DNA of 64,000 nucleotides, taken from contig OZ286473.1 of assembly GCA_965644265.1 (NCBI GenBank), forward strand, positions 72,354,001 through 72,418,000. The letters are read 5' to 3'. Each line of letters begins with the position of its first letter. Positions within the stretch are counted from its first letter, which is position 1. The translations under genes and the position numbers were made by a program. Positions 29,362 through 42,325 of the stretch are shown here, one piece after another. Below the pieces are notes generated by a model. The model saw only the letters and a list, made by a program, of their open reading frames with translations, was not told the DNA's origin and searched no databases. This DNA comes from Glycera tridactyla. Its lineage: Eukaryota.

Positions 29362-32300
29362 CTATGGCCGCCTTCCTCGACCCCTACCTGCATGTCTGAA
29401 GGGCCTCCTTTCTTCTCGCTTGTTTGCACCTTGATTTTGGTTCTGTGGAGGTGTATCCTTGAACTCTACCTTCTGGGCTTTGGTTGCTCCTCTACCACGG
29501 CCCATCCCCTTCCAAGAATTGCCCCTTGATCTATTGGCAGGATTTGTCTGCGATTTCTGCTCTGAAAACTGGCTAGTATACTTGGTTGAAGAGGAAGACG
29601 CAGTAAAGCCCATCCTAAAGTCCGTAGACATATTTCTCCTCTTTTCAGATCTTTCTAGGGACAAATCAGCTGCTTCTGTGATTCAACCACAAGAAAGATA
29701 GTCATGGCCAAGAAGCAAACTTCTCAGGTCATCAAAACCACAAGTAATAAATGCAGCAGTTCACCTTTCTTACTGCATGTTGCCCACCACCTTGGCAACC
29801 ATAAACGCTACGTGCTCAACTGAAGTTAGCCCAATCTGCATAGCACACTCAGCTTTTTCTGCTAAGTCAGGTACTTCCTCCACATCTGGGTGCTTGAACC
29901 TGACAGCTGCTGCAAGGGCTGCATCCGTGTGAGAAAGGACCTTCAAAGATTCTCTGATAAGGACCTCATCTTGCGATGATTTTAGTTCAGCCTTAAAAGT
30001 TTTGCCCCATGTAAAATAATCTGGGTCAATGACTGATGAAGCTACTAGATGATCTTCTGACCTGTCCTCAGTAGGTCTAATTCTATAGGCTCTAGAATTA
30101 CAACCAAAACGTACTGGAAAGTTGGCCTCTAGTCATAGCTTCAGAGTGACCACTTTTTCCCACAACAAACTTGTGCAGAGGAGCATCGTCTTCAGTACTA
30201 GGGTGAAACTTCTCTCTCCCCTGAAGAGCCTTGTCCAGAAAATGGGGTACATTTATAATAAGAGGGGATAGAGGGAGAGCTAACTGAGTCATCCTATCTA
30301 TCTCCTTGGACCTATTTTCTGCATCAAAAGAGGAGTTCGAAAGCTCTGGAGCCATACCCCAAGGGTCCATAGAACAAGGGTCGGGTTGTTTCACATAATT
30401 TGGAAGAATTTCCGCAACGAACCTCCTGAATTCGCGCATTCTTCTCATTTGAGCAGGTCTTTCTGTCTCTTTGTTGGTCTCAGGTTCCTCTGCAGTCACC
30501 TTCTTGTTCTTTTCAGAGATTCTAAGCTGTCCCCTCAACTCTACAAGTTCTGATCTCATGCTCTCAACAAGAGCTCTAGTGGACTTATCCTCTGCAGGTG
30601 TTAAAGGTTGATCTCCTGTTCCCTGCCATTGAGTTGAGGGTAAATTATCGGGAGGTGGTCTAGAAACCATAGCTGAAGCTTTGTTTTGCTTCATTCTCAT
30701 CCAGCAAGATGGTGGAGGACGAGACTTTTTAGAAGGAACTGGGTCTCTCTGAGCTTCATAATCTGTCAAAACTTTTCTCTCCCTATACACTGGTCTAGGA
30801 GGAGAAAAATCTGACTGTACCTGATCTTCCTGATGATAAAGTGATCTGGCCATATGTTCTGCTGGATTCTCATCAGAACCAAAGATTCTTTGAGGAAGTA
30901 ACTCTCCGCCCTCATCATCGATAACTATATGAGAATGATTGGAGTCATGATATACCAGACTATCATCTACTGTATATAGAACTACAGAAGAACCCATACT
31001 ACTCTTCTCTAGATCGTCTGAAAACTCAGAAAGAGACTCTCTGCTGCTCATTATAAGACACCTGCTAGAACTTTCCCTTCTTGACTCACTATGATGTCTC
31101 CTGGTAGGTGATCTAGACCTATGACTGGCCCTTTTCTGATCAGAGGAACTCTTCGACTTAGGCCCTTTTGAAACTACATCAGGTCCACTCTGATTCATCT
31201 GATGGTCTGGAGCTGATGCCCGGTGCCCTATCAGCTTAGAAGAAGAGGATCTGCTCTTTTTAGGCTCTGTCACCTCTCTAAGAGATGTCGAACTATGTTT
31301 CGGCCTAGAAGACACATCCATTAATGGCCTGCCCTCCTCCAAACTAGAAGGCCTATGCCCTGAAGATTCAATACTATGCTTAGTAGTTTGCTTCTTAGAG
31401 ACATCTGCAACTGGTAGTGCTCTGCCCAAACCACTATCCTGTAGAATAGTTGATGCCCAGTGCCTGGTCAGCTCTAAACTATCAGCATTGACACTAACAC
31501 TGCTAGGGGTAATACTCCAGTGCCCGGTCGATGCCCGGTGCCTGGTCTGTGATCCTATAGGCTTTACAGCCTCTTCAGCAGAGTCTTTTTGCCGGTGAAC
31601 AGTTGATGCCCGATGCTTGGTAAGCTCTGACCTCTCCATTTTTGAGCTAACAACCTTAGAACTCTTTCTAGAGACATTATCCCGGTGCCCGGTCAATGCC
31701 CAGTGCCCGGTGTGAATGGTATCTTGCTCATTAGAGCTACTTCCTTCAGAAACTGTATCCCGGTGCCCGGACGATGCCTGGTGCCCGGTATAATTTTTGT
31801 TCCCTTCATTTGCACTACCTTCTCTAGCCACACTCTCCCGGTGCCCGGTCGATGCCCAGTGCTCGGCATGTGTTCTTTGATCAGACTTTGAACTATTCTT
31901 CACAGAGTGTGAGTGAGAGTCTCGATGCCCGGTCGATGCCCGGTGCCCCGATCTCTCTATTATGTCTGATATTGGGTCACTCTTAACCGAACCACTGTCC
32001 TGGTGCCTGGTCAATGCCCGGTGCCACATGTGATCCGTTTTCTCTCTCCTGGAGCTATTACTCTTTGCAGAGCTGTGAGAACCATGCATGGTTGATGCCC
32101 GATGCTCGGACTCACTCTTCGAAGTAGTGTCGCCACTCTTCAGCTCCTGACCCGATGCCCGGTCCTTTTGACTCAGACCTATCTGGATCTGATCTGGACC
32201 CGACTGACTGGTCTGAGGCCCTATCATCTGAGCTGACCTAGGTGTCTGTTCTAACATTTTGGTCTGATCTGATTGAATGGTCTGATTTGAGCTTGTAGAT

Positions 32301-32987
32301 GGACTAGGTTCATCAACCTAATGAATATTATGCTTCGCAATAGATCTCAGTAGAAGAGCATGTATCTCTTTCCCCCCGGATCTTGACCAACCAGTTTGAC
32401 CACACATTTACTGACTTCTTTGGGATCCAACTTCGAAAGTGAGCATACCATCCCCACTGAATTGACCTAACCTTGACTAGATCAGAGGCTTTTTGAGGTC
32501 TAATAGGAGGTCTCAATGGCTCATCTTCTCCATCCTTGTCTCTTGAAGATGAAGGCTTGCTCTCTCTTGGCAGTCTACTGGTCCCCACTTGCGGCTCAGA
32601 TTTACGTGACGTCACGGACCTGGCTCTATTTTGCTCCTCATCAGAAACTAGTGGGACAGCAGCAGTTGGAACCCTAGTTTGCATATCGTCAGATGGATCA
32701 AGGACATCAGAGGGTTGCACAGGAACAGGGGACATATTTTGTTGGTGTTTCTGGGCACATTTGTGTTTTCTGTAAGCCCTGCGGTCATAGTGTTTTTTCC
32801 ACAATTCTGGTGACCCCCCCCCCCCACACACATCACAAATGGTCTCCTCCCCCATTTCGTCCTTCCCTCTGCCACAATTCCTACATGAGGGACAGAAATA
32901 GTGTTTGTCCCACGTGGCAAGAAAATGCCCACATTGTCCATTCTGCGACATGATATTCACAGATATTGAATCCAAGGAATCACACAA
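29362..32987 (-). pseudogene. DIRS gag-like ORF1, broken into at least three frames
   Basis: N-terminal Cys/His cluster (CGHF..WDKHYFCPSC..C...CDVC) at 32328-32987, long Ser/His/Arg-rich frame at 30098-32257, RG-rich C-terminus at 29362-29664. Confidence 0.75.
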
Positions 32988-33336
32988 CAGAGAACATATG
33001 CAATGACTGATATGAAAATCACAGATCCCTTACAGAATCATTTCAACATTCATGCGATCAATATGATGAAGTTCATGGATCTCCAAACCGCGTTTGACAC
33101 GGTGGCGTGTACGCGCGAGCGTTAATTCCAACACCGACGTTGGTGCCACAAGTTGTAAATTAGCTAGAAGTTTTGTGACACCCTACAGACTACACATACA
33201 GTATCCTAAAGTATTCCGTCACTATCGTAGCCAGTGAAAACAACATAGGCGTATGCTAATTAACAATTTCCAACGAAAATTGTCCGAGGAATTTTCCAAA
33301 CGGCTATTGCAAATTGGCCGAAAAAAAAAAAACGCC

Positions 33337-33510
33337 GCACGGAGGTCACCAGGTCAATAGTGAGGCATTAGCGGCACTAGGTGGCGGGAGGCATCGGGGA
33401 GGCATGGAGGTCCATCTAGTGAAATCTTCACTTTGTTGTGAAGTTCGAGTGTAGGTAGTTAGGCATGGGGGATGCTAAATTTGAGGGAGAGACAGGGACG
33501 GTATTAACAG
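33337..33510 (-). repeat. DIRS 5' inverted terminal repeat
   Basis: Reverse complement of 26021-26193. Confidence 0.9.
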
Positions 33511-33789
33511 AGTGGTTTTTCATGAGCTGCCAACTTGAGGCCAGAGAAGGAGGGGAGACTGGAAACGCATGAGCATGACTGAACTCTGAATCCAGCAGAA
33601 AATATCCAAGGCCATGGTATGAGAGATGTCAGGTGCTGCGTAGTGGGGCAATTGGTTTCATTTCTGGTGAGCCAGCTGTCGAGAATAATTGCTGATGCTC
33701 CATCAGCATCGATCAGGTAATTGACAAGGGCTCTTCCCAGAATTCTATATATATTGTTGATTCCGTGTCTATGAATGTGGTGCTTCAAC

Positions 33790-33792
<3 letters not shown>

Positions 33793-33844
<52 letters not shown>

Positions 33845-33853
33845 TCTCTCTCT
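33793..33853. repeat. (CT)n microsatellite
   Basis: Direct inspection. A second (CT)n at about 25921-25971 lies just outside the other DIRS end. Confidence 0.95.
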
Positions 33854-35246
33854 GCAATCAGAAAGGTTGTCCTACTTCTATCTGATTGTTTGTTGATTAG
33901 TTGCCCTATATAATTGTTGAATTCACTGAATAATGGAGGATAAAGTGTACGACCATTCTTCAGAGTATATCCGATACTAAGTGGTACCTAGCAGTCCATG
34001 GTGATAGCGAGCTAACTTCTTGAACTGCAAATCAAACTAAACAGGAAATTGCCAAAATGGAGTCTATATTCAATGAACCCATCCTAAATGAGGATAGGTA
34101 TATCTTTATTATGACCGTTCATCGGGAGAGAGATATTGAACTCTTGAGGTCGTCTTACACTTGCATGCTATACCTCATGTGAAATGCATCAATGAAGAAT
34201 ATGGTTCAGGATTCATGGATGTATATGGGTCTTTTGTACGTGGCAGACGGGGTACATTGACTGCGTATCTATATAGGGAAGAGTTATCTACAAGTGTACG
34301 TAGAACAGGTCTCTACATCCTTCGAGCGTTGGGTGCGTACTTGGTGGATGATACCACCGCGAGTAATCACTCATCCAGATCCACCTCTTGAAGATATAGT
34401 AGACTTCCTATCCAACTGGACTGAATAATCATAACACCTTTGGGAAAGGGACTGAAGTAAATCACGACCTAAGATGAAGATTTCCTCTATGATTCAACCT
34501 CTCACCAGGTATGGTTTGCGTCCTGACAGTGGTCAACTCAGTCAGTGTAGGATAAAGTAACTTTACTGCGGTCACTGCAGTTTTAAGATAGCAAAATCAA
34601 TAGGACAGGCAATGGGCCGAACCTTTCTATGGAGGACATTCAGAGATTAGGATCACTCTATCATCATCATTCACCAACTCCGAGAGAAACACTCTCCATA
34701 ATGGAATCCCGGCCTATTGTCTCTTCCAAGTAATCGTTCTTTAATCTCGTCCGGCACTCGCAACAATGGATTGGTGTCTGATGGAATCGAACGCATTCGA
34801 CATAAAAGAAGTTGAGTGGTTTGATGATTCACATCATCGCATTTCCCAATTTTTCTTGATGCGTATCGTATGGGAGATCAAATCCTTATAATATAGGAAT
34901 CCTGCAATCAATGGATGGAGCAATCGTTTGGTTCATTTGTCTTCCCATCTGTTCATCACATATTCAATTCCATTCTCCACTACAGACGAGGGTGGCACAC
35001 AATTCCACACTCTCGTTATTGCTGCTGAACTCACCCGAAACAAAATTTTCCACCAGGTTTGCTCGCATATCCTACTTTTTGCCATTCAAAAACAGGAACC
35101 ATTCCCTGAAATGCTGATAACTATTCATGGAGTTGACTTGCGGGTCTTGGGAAAAAAAGGGTATATGAAATACAATTCGTTCGGGAAGATAACCAAGCCC
35201 ACCGGAGTGTAGGTAGAACTCTGCGTGGTAGTGATGACCGATAGAG

Positions 35247-35920
35247 NNNNNNNNNNNNNNNNNNNNNNNNNNNNNNNNNNNNNNNNNNNNNNNNNNNNNN
35301 NNNNNNNNNNNNNNNNNNNNNNNNNNNNNNNNNNNNNNNNNNNNNNNNNNNNNNNNNNNNNNNNNNNNNNNNNNNNNNNNNNNNNNNNNNNNNNNNNNNN
35401 NNNNNNNNNNNNNNNNNNNNNNNNNNNNNNNNNNNNNNNNNNNNNNNNNNNNNNNNNNNNNNNNNNNNNNNNNNNNNNNNNNNNNNNNNNNNNNNNNNNN
35501 NNNNNNNNNNNNNNNNNNNNNNNNNNNNNNNNNNNNNNNNNNNNNNNNNNNNNNNNNNNNNNNNNNNNNNNNNNNNNNNNNNNNNNNNNNNNNNNNNNNN
35601 NNNNNNNNNNNNNNNNNNNNNNNNNNNNNNNNNNNNNNNNNNNNNNNNNNNNNNNNNNNNNNNNNNNNNNNNNNNNNNNNNNNNNNNNNNNNNNNNNNNN
35701 NNNNNNNNNNNNNNNNNNNNNNNNNNNNNNNNNNNNNNNNNNNNNNNNNNNNNNNNNNNNNNNNNNNNNNNNNNNNNNNNNNNNNNNNNNNNNNNNNNNN
35801 NNNNNNNNNNNNNNNNNNNNNNNNNNNNNNNNNNNNNNNNNNNNNNNNNNNNNNNNNNNNNNNNNNNNNNNNNNNNNNNNNNNNNNNNNNNNNNNNNNNN
35901 NNNNNNNNNNNNNNNNNNNN
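35247..35920. other. Assembly gap (674 N)
   Basis: Run of N. Confidence 1.
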
Positions 35921-38094
35921 TCGGTCCCAGTGATTAGGTATGTGTTTGTCTGGGCAGAGTAAAGAGTGTTGTATGTAGTTACCGGCAGTTCATCAGATAG
36001 AGGAGAGCTGATGAGATCTTATAAAGAAGGAGATGACGACAACCAGCTGCTGATGAATGTTGAGTGAGTACATTCAATTATCGCTGGCAGCCGCCTGCTC
36101 TCAACACTGCATATAGCACAGCATATGATCTATCATCCATCTAAAGTAGGGTCCTGATTGTTTCACCAACAGTCACCTACTTAATAGTATTGATGATCGT
36201 CAGCCTCTCTGTGTCCTTATTTCTCTCTGTAAGTGTGTCTCTCTGCGTCGTCATACTTCACCTCTCTCCCTCTGTTTGGTTTGTCTGACATTTGTTCCGC
36301 TGTTATTCTGTCTGTCCGAATTTTTAAATTGAGTTTGAAACATTTATTTAGTTCGGTACAAGGAGGTCCGGAGACCATATCTTCGTTGAAGACCACAAAT
36401 GAACAGTATATGATGAAGATACAAACTTGCAAGTACATGCATTAAAACAGACAAATGCTCATCATCTCATCTGTCAAAAAGGAAACGACATCAATCAGTC
36501 AGTGCAGAAGAGAGTGAAGTATTTTTACCGGGATGAGACAGAGGTAGAGATGTCCCTCGGCAGGGATGACCACTGAATAAGATCCGGGATGCATAAAATG
36601 CATCAAGCAAAGAGCGAAAGGCATAAGACATTAGGTCAGAGCATCTCGCACGGTATGCCTTCATGAATCAAGTGGCTTCATAGACGAATTTGGTTGAAAT
36701 TAGGTATGAAATTAATTTTCATCCAAAAATGTCTTTTTCAGCAATCCGAGGAGGGCCAAGAGAGCAATGTTTTTAACAATTTTGACCTGAACCAATCCAG
36801 GCTTTCTCAGTTGTCTCGGGTCAGACCATTCCATAATAGCCCGAACTTACAGACATTCAGGAGAGTGGAATTTCTTTTCGCGACAGTATTTCTCCCATTC
36901 TACTGCCCTGATTGGAGAGTGAATAGAGGAGTTTTTATACGTTTGACCTTAGTGAGATCACTCCGATGAATCAAGCTCATCACACCATTTCATCCAATGG
37001 CCATACTTCATCGCAACTATGTTAGAACCCATTTATATTTTATTGGCCTCGACCTCGACATGGGCACACTCACCTGATTGGGTGTCAAATCGACGACGCC
37101 TGAATGGTGTCATAGGATATCAACATGCAATGAATAGTTAAGAAATTTCTGTATACTGTCAAATGATGGTAAACTGAGTATATCATGTTCAGAGGAAATA
37201 TTCCTTCTCTCCCTGATTCAACCTGAAAAGCGATCTATTCAATTCCAGTATTCAAGTTGATTAGAATTGATCGTGATGACGAGTTGGAAGGTCTTTTGTA
37301 TCATCGAGAGAAGCGAGCTGTCGAATGAGTTTCTGGATTATCAGTATGTGAGATTAGGAGTGTATCTGGACCAAACTTCATTTGTCAGAGACTAAACCAA
37401 CTTATTAAGTGCCCTCCTGAAGGTAATTGGAAGAATACACTAGATCAACATGAACATGAAATGTCAGCAATCAAAACAGTGGGCACATGCACTTCAGTGA
37501 TGTAATTCGAGGAAATAATAATCTCAATGTGTCCATAGACACCTATAGTTAGAGGCTCCCACACAATTCCGCTCAGGCAAATCCACTTGCACAACTAGTG
37601 TAACTAGTGTAGCTGCAAGACTAGAGTAACCAATTTACCAGCTTTATTGATCACATTTTCCTGTCGGGTAGTAACCTTCACAGAATGGCAAGCGTCCTGG
37701 ATTAAGGCATACCTGACCACTGCTTATTTTTACGACCTGCAAAATCGAAAGAGAAGTTCCCACTAAGAATGCCAATCAGCAGGAATCTCGAGAAAATAGA
37801 ATTGTGTCAGTGGTATAACATTCTCAAGCACAAAAAACATGGATGCTCACCTATGTATCATAGTCAGTTTTGAACACATGTGTAAAATCGAGTTTTGAGT
37901 CAGTACCACTCAGCACATAATAAGGATGGAAGATGTCCATATTTCCTGTATCGTCATTGAGAGCACGTGTCTGCTTGTGTGTTTGATGCACTCATATGTA
38001 TGAGTGTTTGATTACTCTGTCCCCCTTTTTTTTGTTATCCCTGGCCTAAATAAGGCATATAGTATTGTACGATATATAGATATATGACTCGATC

Positions 38095-38945
38095 CAAATC
38101 AAATCAAATCAAATCAAATAAACTTATTTTAACTCGTAAATACAGACTGTATAGGTATGCAATTAATTGGGCACAATTTTTTCCGGCATACACGAGTGGG
38201 AATGAGTTGCCGTGGTGATCACTACATATATACAACATCACAAAAGAAATTAGGGCAAAAACAAATAAATTGGGAGGGTCATAAGTGTAATAGTTTCACT
38301 CACACTTTTACACACAGACGCATATCCTCAAAAATAAACATTCACACCATATATACTACTTTCAGCGGGTATGGGGAATAACTCCTATCGAATAGGAAGT
38401 TTTATGCTGGGACCTGGGTACAAGGTCCAAACGCTATCTTTAGTATACTTGACATCTTGTATGAAGAACAAGGTTGAAGAGTTCAACAATTACATATCAT
38501 TTCCCCTAAACTTACTCCCCCCATTAGGTTATTGAACCCAGTTCCCAGGGAGTGGTACCTTTTATCGCCTTCTTGAAGGTATCAATGGATGGCATATCTT
38601 TCAGTCCTTTGTCAAGGTTGTTCCAGACGACTGAACCTCTATATCTGAAATTACCCTTGGATCTTTTAAGTTTCAGCTTTGGGATGTAGAGATGGTTTCT
38701 TACACTTGCTCTGGTAGTTCGATGATGATTCTCACTCACGTAGGAAAAAATGGATTTCAGGTGGGTGGGTGTCTTATCGGTTTTTAGAACTTTGAACATA
38801 AAAGTGGCAGAGTGTTTGACTCTCCTCACCCCAAGGGTATCCAGATTCAATTCAGAATGAGTTAGGGCACTGGGGTATCTCTTATTTTTCATTAGAATCG
38901 TACGTGTAGCACAATTCTGCACACGTTGGAGTTTCATTGCATCAC
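38095..38945 (-). mobile_element. 5'-truncated CR1/L2-type non-LTR retrotransposon (ORF2 C-terminus, 3' UTR and tandem tail)
   Basis: LQRVQN.ATR.I...LGVRR...MFK...P..L...TR...FRYRG..VWNNL...SIDTFKK at 38524-38937; (ATTTG)5 tail on the - strand at 38095-38119. Confidence 0.88.
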
Positions 38946-39049
38946 GCTGAGAGAGATTGTCATAGACGATGTCACAGATCCAATTGACTTGTTTTCAAGT
39001 CTGTCCACCTATTCAGTTGAACTGACTAATATCTAATTGCCCGCCTATC

Positions 39050-39600
39050 CATCGTGTGGGCCATGACAAGCAGTTGTTCATGCCTCAAGCAGAGCTAATA
39101 TATTCAAGTATGTGAGAACCTGACAAAAATGATGGAATAGATGGCTTCCGTGCTCATATAATGGAGTTGTTGACCCATGTACGCGAGTATAGCATAACAT
39201 ATGTAGTCGTAACTCAAATCTCTCTTAGCATCTTTGGTGAGACAAAATGTATACAAAAGCTAACCCATTGGGTAGATCATAGTTATTGGTCTCAGCATTC
39301 ATTCAATTATGATGACTTCTGAATGGTTCATCAGCAAAAATTAGTCATACCCTCAGTCATTCGGTACTTTCAGTAAGAGCGGCAAATGAGGTGATTTGAG
39401 TCATAGCCTACCAGCGATTGTCATCTCCTTTGATCGGCGTCTCCTTGGAGACGTCAGAACGGTTAGCATAGATCAACCTCAACTCTTCACAAAATCATTC
39501 ATCATTCAGGGAGAAGTTGGTCGTGTATCTCAACTGAAAGCCTTCTTTATGTCTACGGCTGAGAGCCCTATAGAACGACCAGTATCTAGGCAAGTCAATT
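39050..39600 (-). pseudogene. Possible decayed Ngaro-like RT N-terminus
   Basis: Peptides ALSRRHKEGFQLRY and KEMTIAGR...VP resemble Ngaro RT N-terminal blocks; many stops. Confidence 0.3.
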
Positions 39601-40629
39601 GAAATGAGGTCTTCCTGATACACATACTCTTGTGTGGATGTTACCGAACCCTCTGCGATCTTACTACCAGGACCCTGTTGCATTCAGTTCTGTACCGGAA
39701 TCACACCACATACAGGAATGTGCTATGACTGAAGAAATAGGGATGTTACTTCAAAATCTTGAAATATGCTGAAATAGTATGTCGTTTCGAGCAAAAATTA
39801 TCCGAATAGTAGCATGTCTGGCACATGCACTGGTGAATTAATTGGCACATGTCTGAATCGATGCATCTGGCTGGTTGATTGTTTTATGTCACTTCAACCA
39901 TGTTGGATTGCATGTGAATGAAAGGGCGGATTGATTCTCGAATCGTTTGTCAAGATGATACTTCGACTGTGAATTATCATAGGTCATGTGTTGCATGGAT
40001 AGTTTGTGAAGGACTTTCCTGAGTAAGGTCGTGGAGTTCCGTGGCAAATAATATCTGGTCAAGTGTAAGGAATCTGAACTGGCGAGCATGCCGTAACCAC
40101 ATATACTATGAAATAAAATGAGCAATGGTCATTCTGTAGCACTTGATTGGATTCATTGTCAAAGAGCGATTGGTATTTTCTTAGCGTCATGACGATACAT
40201 CATTTCTCCATACACAGTTGATGATGTCTATTAATGGCTGTTAATGTATTAAACTTCTTTAGTATTTATCAGCAGGTCAGTGGTAAAAGGATTGGGAACG
40301 TGGAAGAATCTGTCGAATAACATATATATTGCACGTTTCCGCGTCATTGCGTCATCAGATATGATGAATGGCGTAGGAAATGTGTTTTGGCTCACACGAG
40401 ATTCATGATGGTGCCTGTATAATTCACCATTGGCAAATCGCAATGATGTTTTTCACAAAAATATGATGCAATGATCAAGTACGTTGATCGCTTTGTCCCT
40501 CCTTTCTACCTAACAGAGAAATGATGAAACAGGGTGGGCCTTTCTCAACCAAACAGCCCAAGTCGACTCTTGGTGACGACACAGAATATATCGAAATGAT
40601 TAAGAAACGTGAATTCGTATGTAGGTTTG

Positions 40630-40850
40630 TATTACTGACGCCGCAGAAATAGTGGACATATATGATATTGCTATTCAGGGAATTCTCGCAAAGTGAAATG
40701 GCTGATATATCAGTTCGATGTATGACAATTTACTTATCGAAATATCATTGAACCATAGGCATCCTGCTACGATTTGGAGGGATTGCTACGGACCTTTCAG
40801 GAATAATACCCTCTACATAATGAGCAAATCGTCTTGGTTTCGCTTGCCAA
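40630..40850 (+). pseudogene. Possible decayed Ngaro/DIRS RNase H fragment
   Basis: ITDAA followed, in another frame, by IE...ATIW...IMSKSS. Confidence 0.28.
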
Positions 40851-42111
40851 GTAGGACAGCGGGAAGAGGGAATAATAAATACTCGAACCTAATAACCACT
40901 AGATATCACTATAATACAGAGGTTTGGTCACCACAACCAGATCACCAGGAGCCTCAAGGTCAGATTTTTGCACAATTATAGCATCACCTACATCCACCCA
41001 CTACAGTGTCATCACACCTGCGCCCATCAGAAACAGATGCGATTCTATGCTCTAAGACGCTGCCACACTTGTAATGTGTTTCAGTTACCCAATCAATATA
41101 TGACTGTCACATCAAATCGAGCCGCTTTGAACATGATCCATCGAATGCCTGGTTTCCAACCTATTAGAGAAGACGGATAAAATACAGAGACTCGCCAACG
41201 GAGAACTATTTTGGTTTCAGTCCCGGACCAAGAGTAGATCAGATGATGGATGACACTGTCCTCGGGATTGTGAAAATAATCGAACGACTTTCATGCGGTG
41301 CAGAAAGCATTTCACCAAGGTTTGCTATGAGTCACAATTTTCATTGAGCATACATCTAACAATATTCACCCTATAGGTTCCCCAGCATTCAATGGAGCTC
41401 ATAACACTAAGAGATATACAGATATAGTTCCAACCCAGGGTGATCATCATCCATTTCCATTTACATAAAGCCATTCGCACAATTTTTCACGAGATCGAAA
41501 TTATAATCAAATGCTTCGATGTATCGTTGATGAAAGATATGAATTTCAACCAGCGATCATTATGGAGACAAGATCGAAATATAGTCGCTCAGTATCAAAG
41601 ACGATACAATCTTACCATCAACCATCTATAGGTAACGTGATTGTCGCTCATGAGTAATAACCCCATGGCTCATGGTAATTTATCCATGATTTGGGAAATC
41701 ATGGCTCGAATGCATTTGGTAGTGATATCATCTAACTGCTTCATGAATTTTCTTCCGAGATAGTTGTTTATTAGATGCAGTGAACGGGTGAAGAACGGTA
41801 GACTTGGTGTCACCTATGGAAATGTGGACCGTTCTCTAGCGCATTACGCTTTCATCCGAATCAGCACGTGCTATCCTAATAACGAACTCAATTAACAGAT
41901 GTTAATGAAAGAAACCGAAAGTTACCATCGCTCACTGGATTGCGTCTGGCGCATCCATCCTTGAAAGTACCAGAAATTATCCGGAAAAACACATATCTAC
42001 AACAAAATGTGAATAATCTCTGAAAAATATTGATCTTTGACGATTTGAGCAGATGATCAAGCGCCATCGGATTTATTCAACTCCCTCTCATCTTGTCTCC
42101 ATCTTCCCGTA

Positions 42112-42325
42112 ACGCTGTCTGTCTGTCGATCTGTCTATCTGTCTGTTTTAATGCCTGTCTGTCTGCTCGCCTCTGTCCATCTGTTCGTCTGTTTTACTGT
42201 CTGTCCGTCCGCTCGCCTCTGTCTATCTGACTGTCTGTCTGCCTGTCTTTCTGTTTTACTGCCTGTCTGTCTGCTCGCCTCTGTCAGTCTGTCTGTCTGT
42301 CGGTCTGTTTGTCTGTCTATCTGTC
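42112..42325. repeat. Degenerate (CTGT)n simple repeat
   Basis: Direct inspection. Confidence 0.9.

Larger units (their letters stand above)
26008..33510 (-). mobile_element. DIRS1-type tyrosine-recombinase retrotransposon, full length but inactivated
   Basis: gag-like, RT, RNase H, methyltransferase-like and tyrosine recombinase regions in DIRS order, bounded by inverted repeats and an ICR. Confidence 0.93.

Noticed and set aside
27267-31891. Plus-strand ORFs within the DIRS element
   Set aside because: Antisense shadows of the recombinase, RT and gag regions.
34400-35240. Possible decayed non-LTR RT on the - strand
   Set aside because: Only a weak DLISHTIRIKK resemblance; no QG or YADD motif could be recovered.
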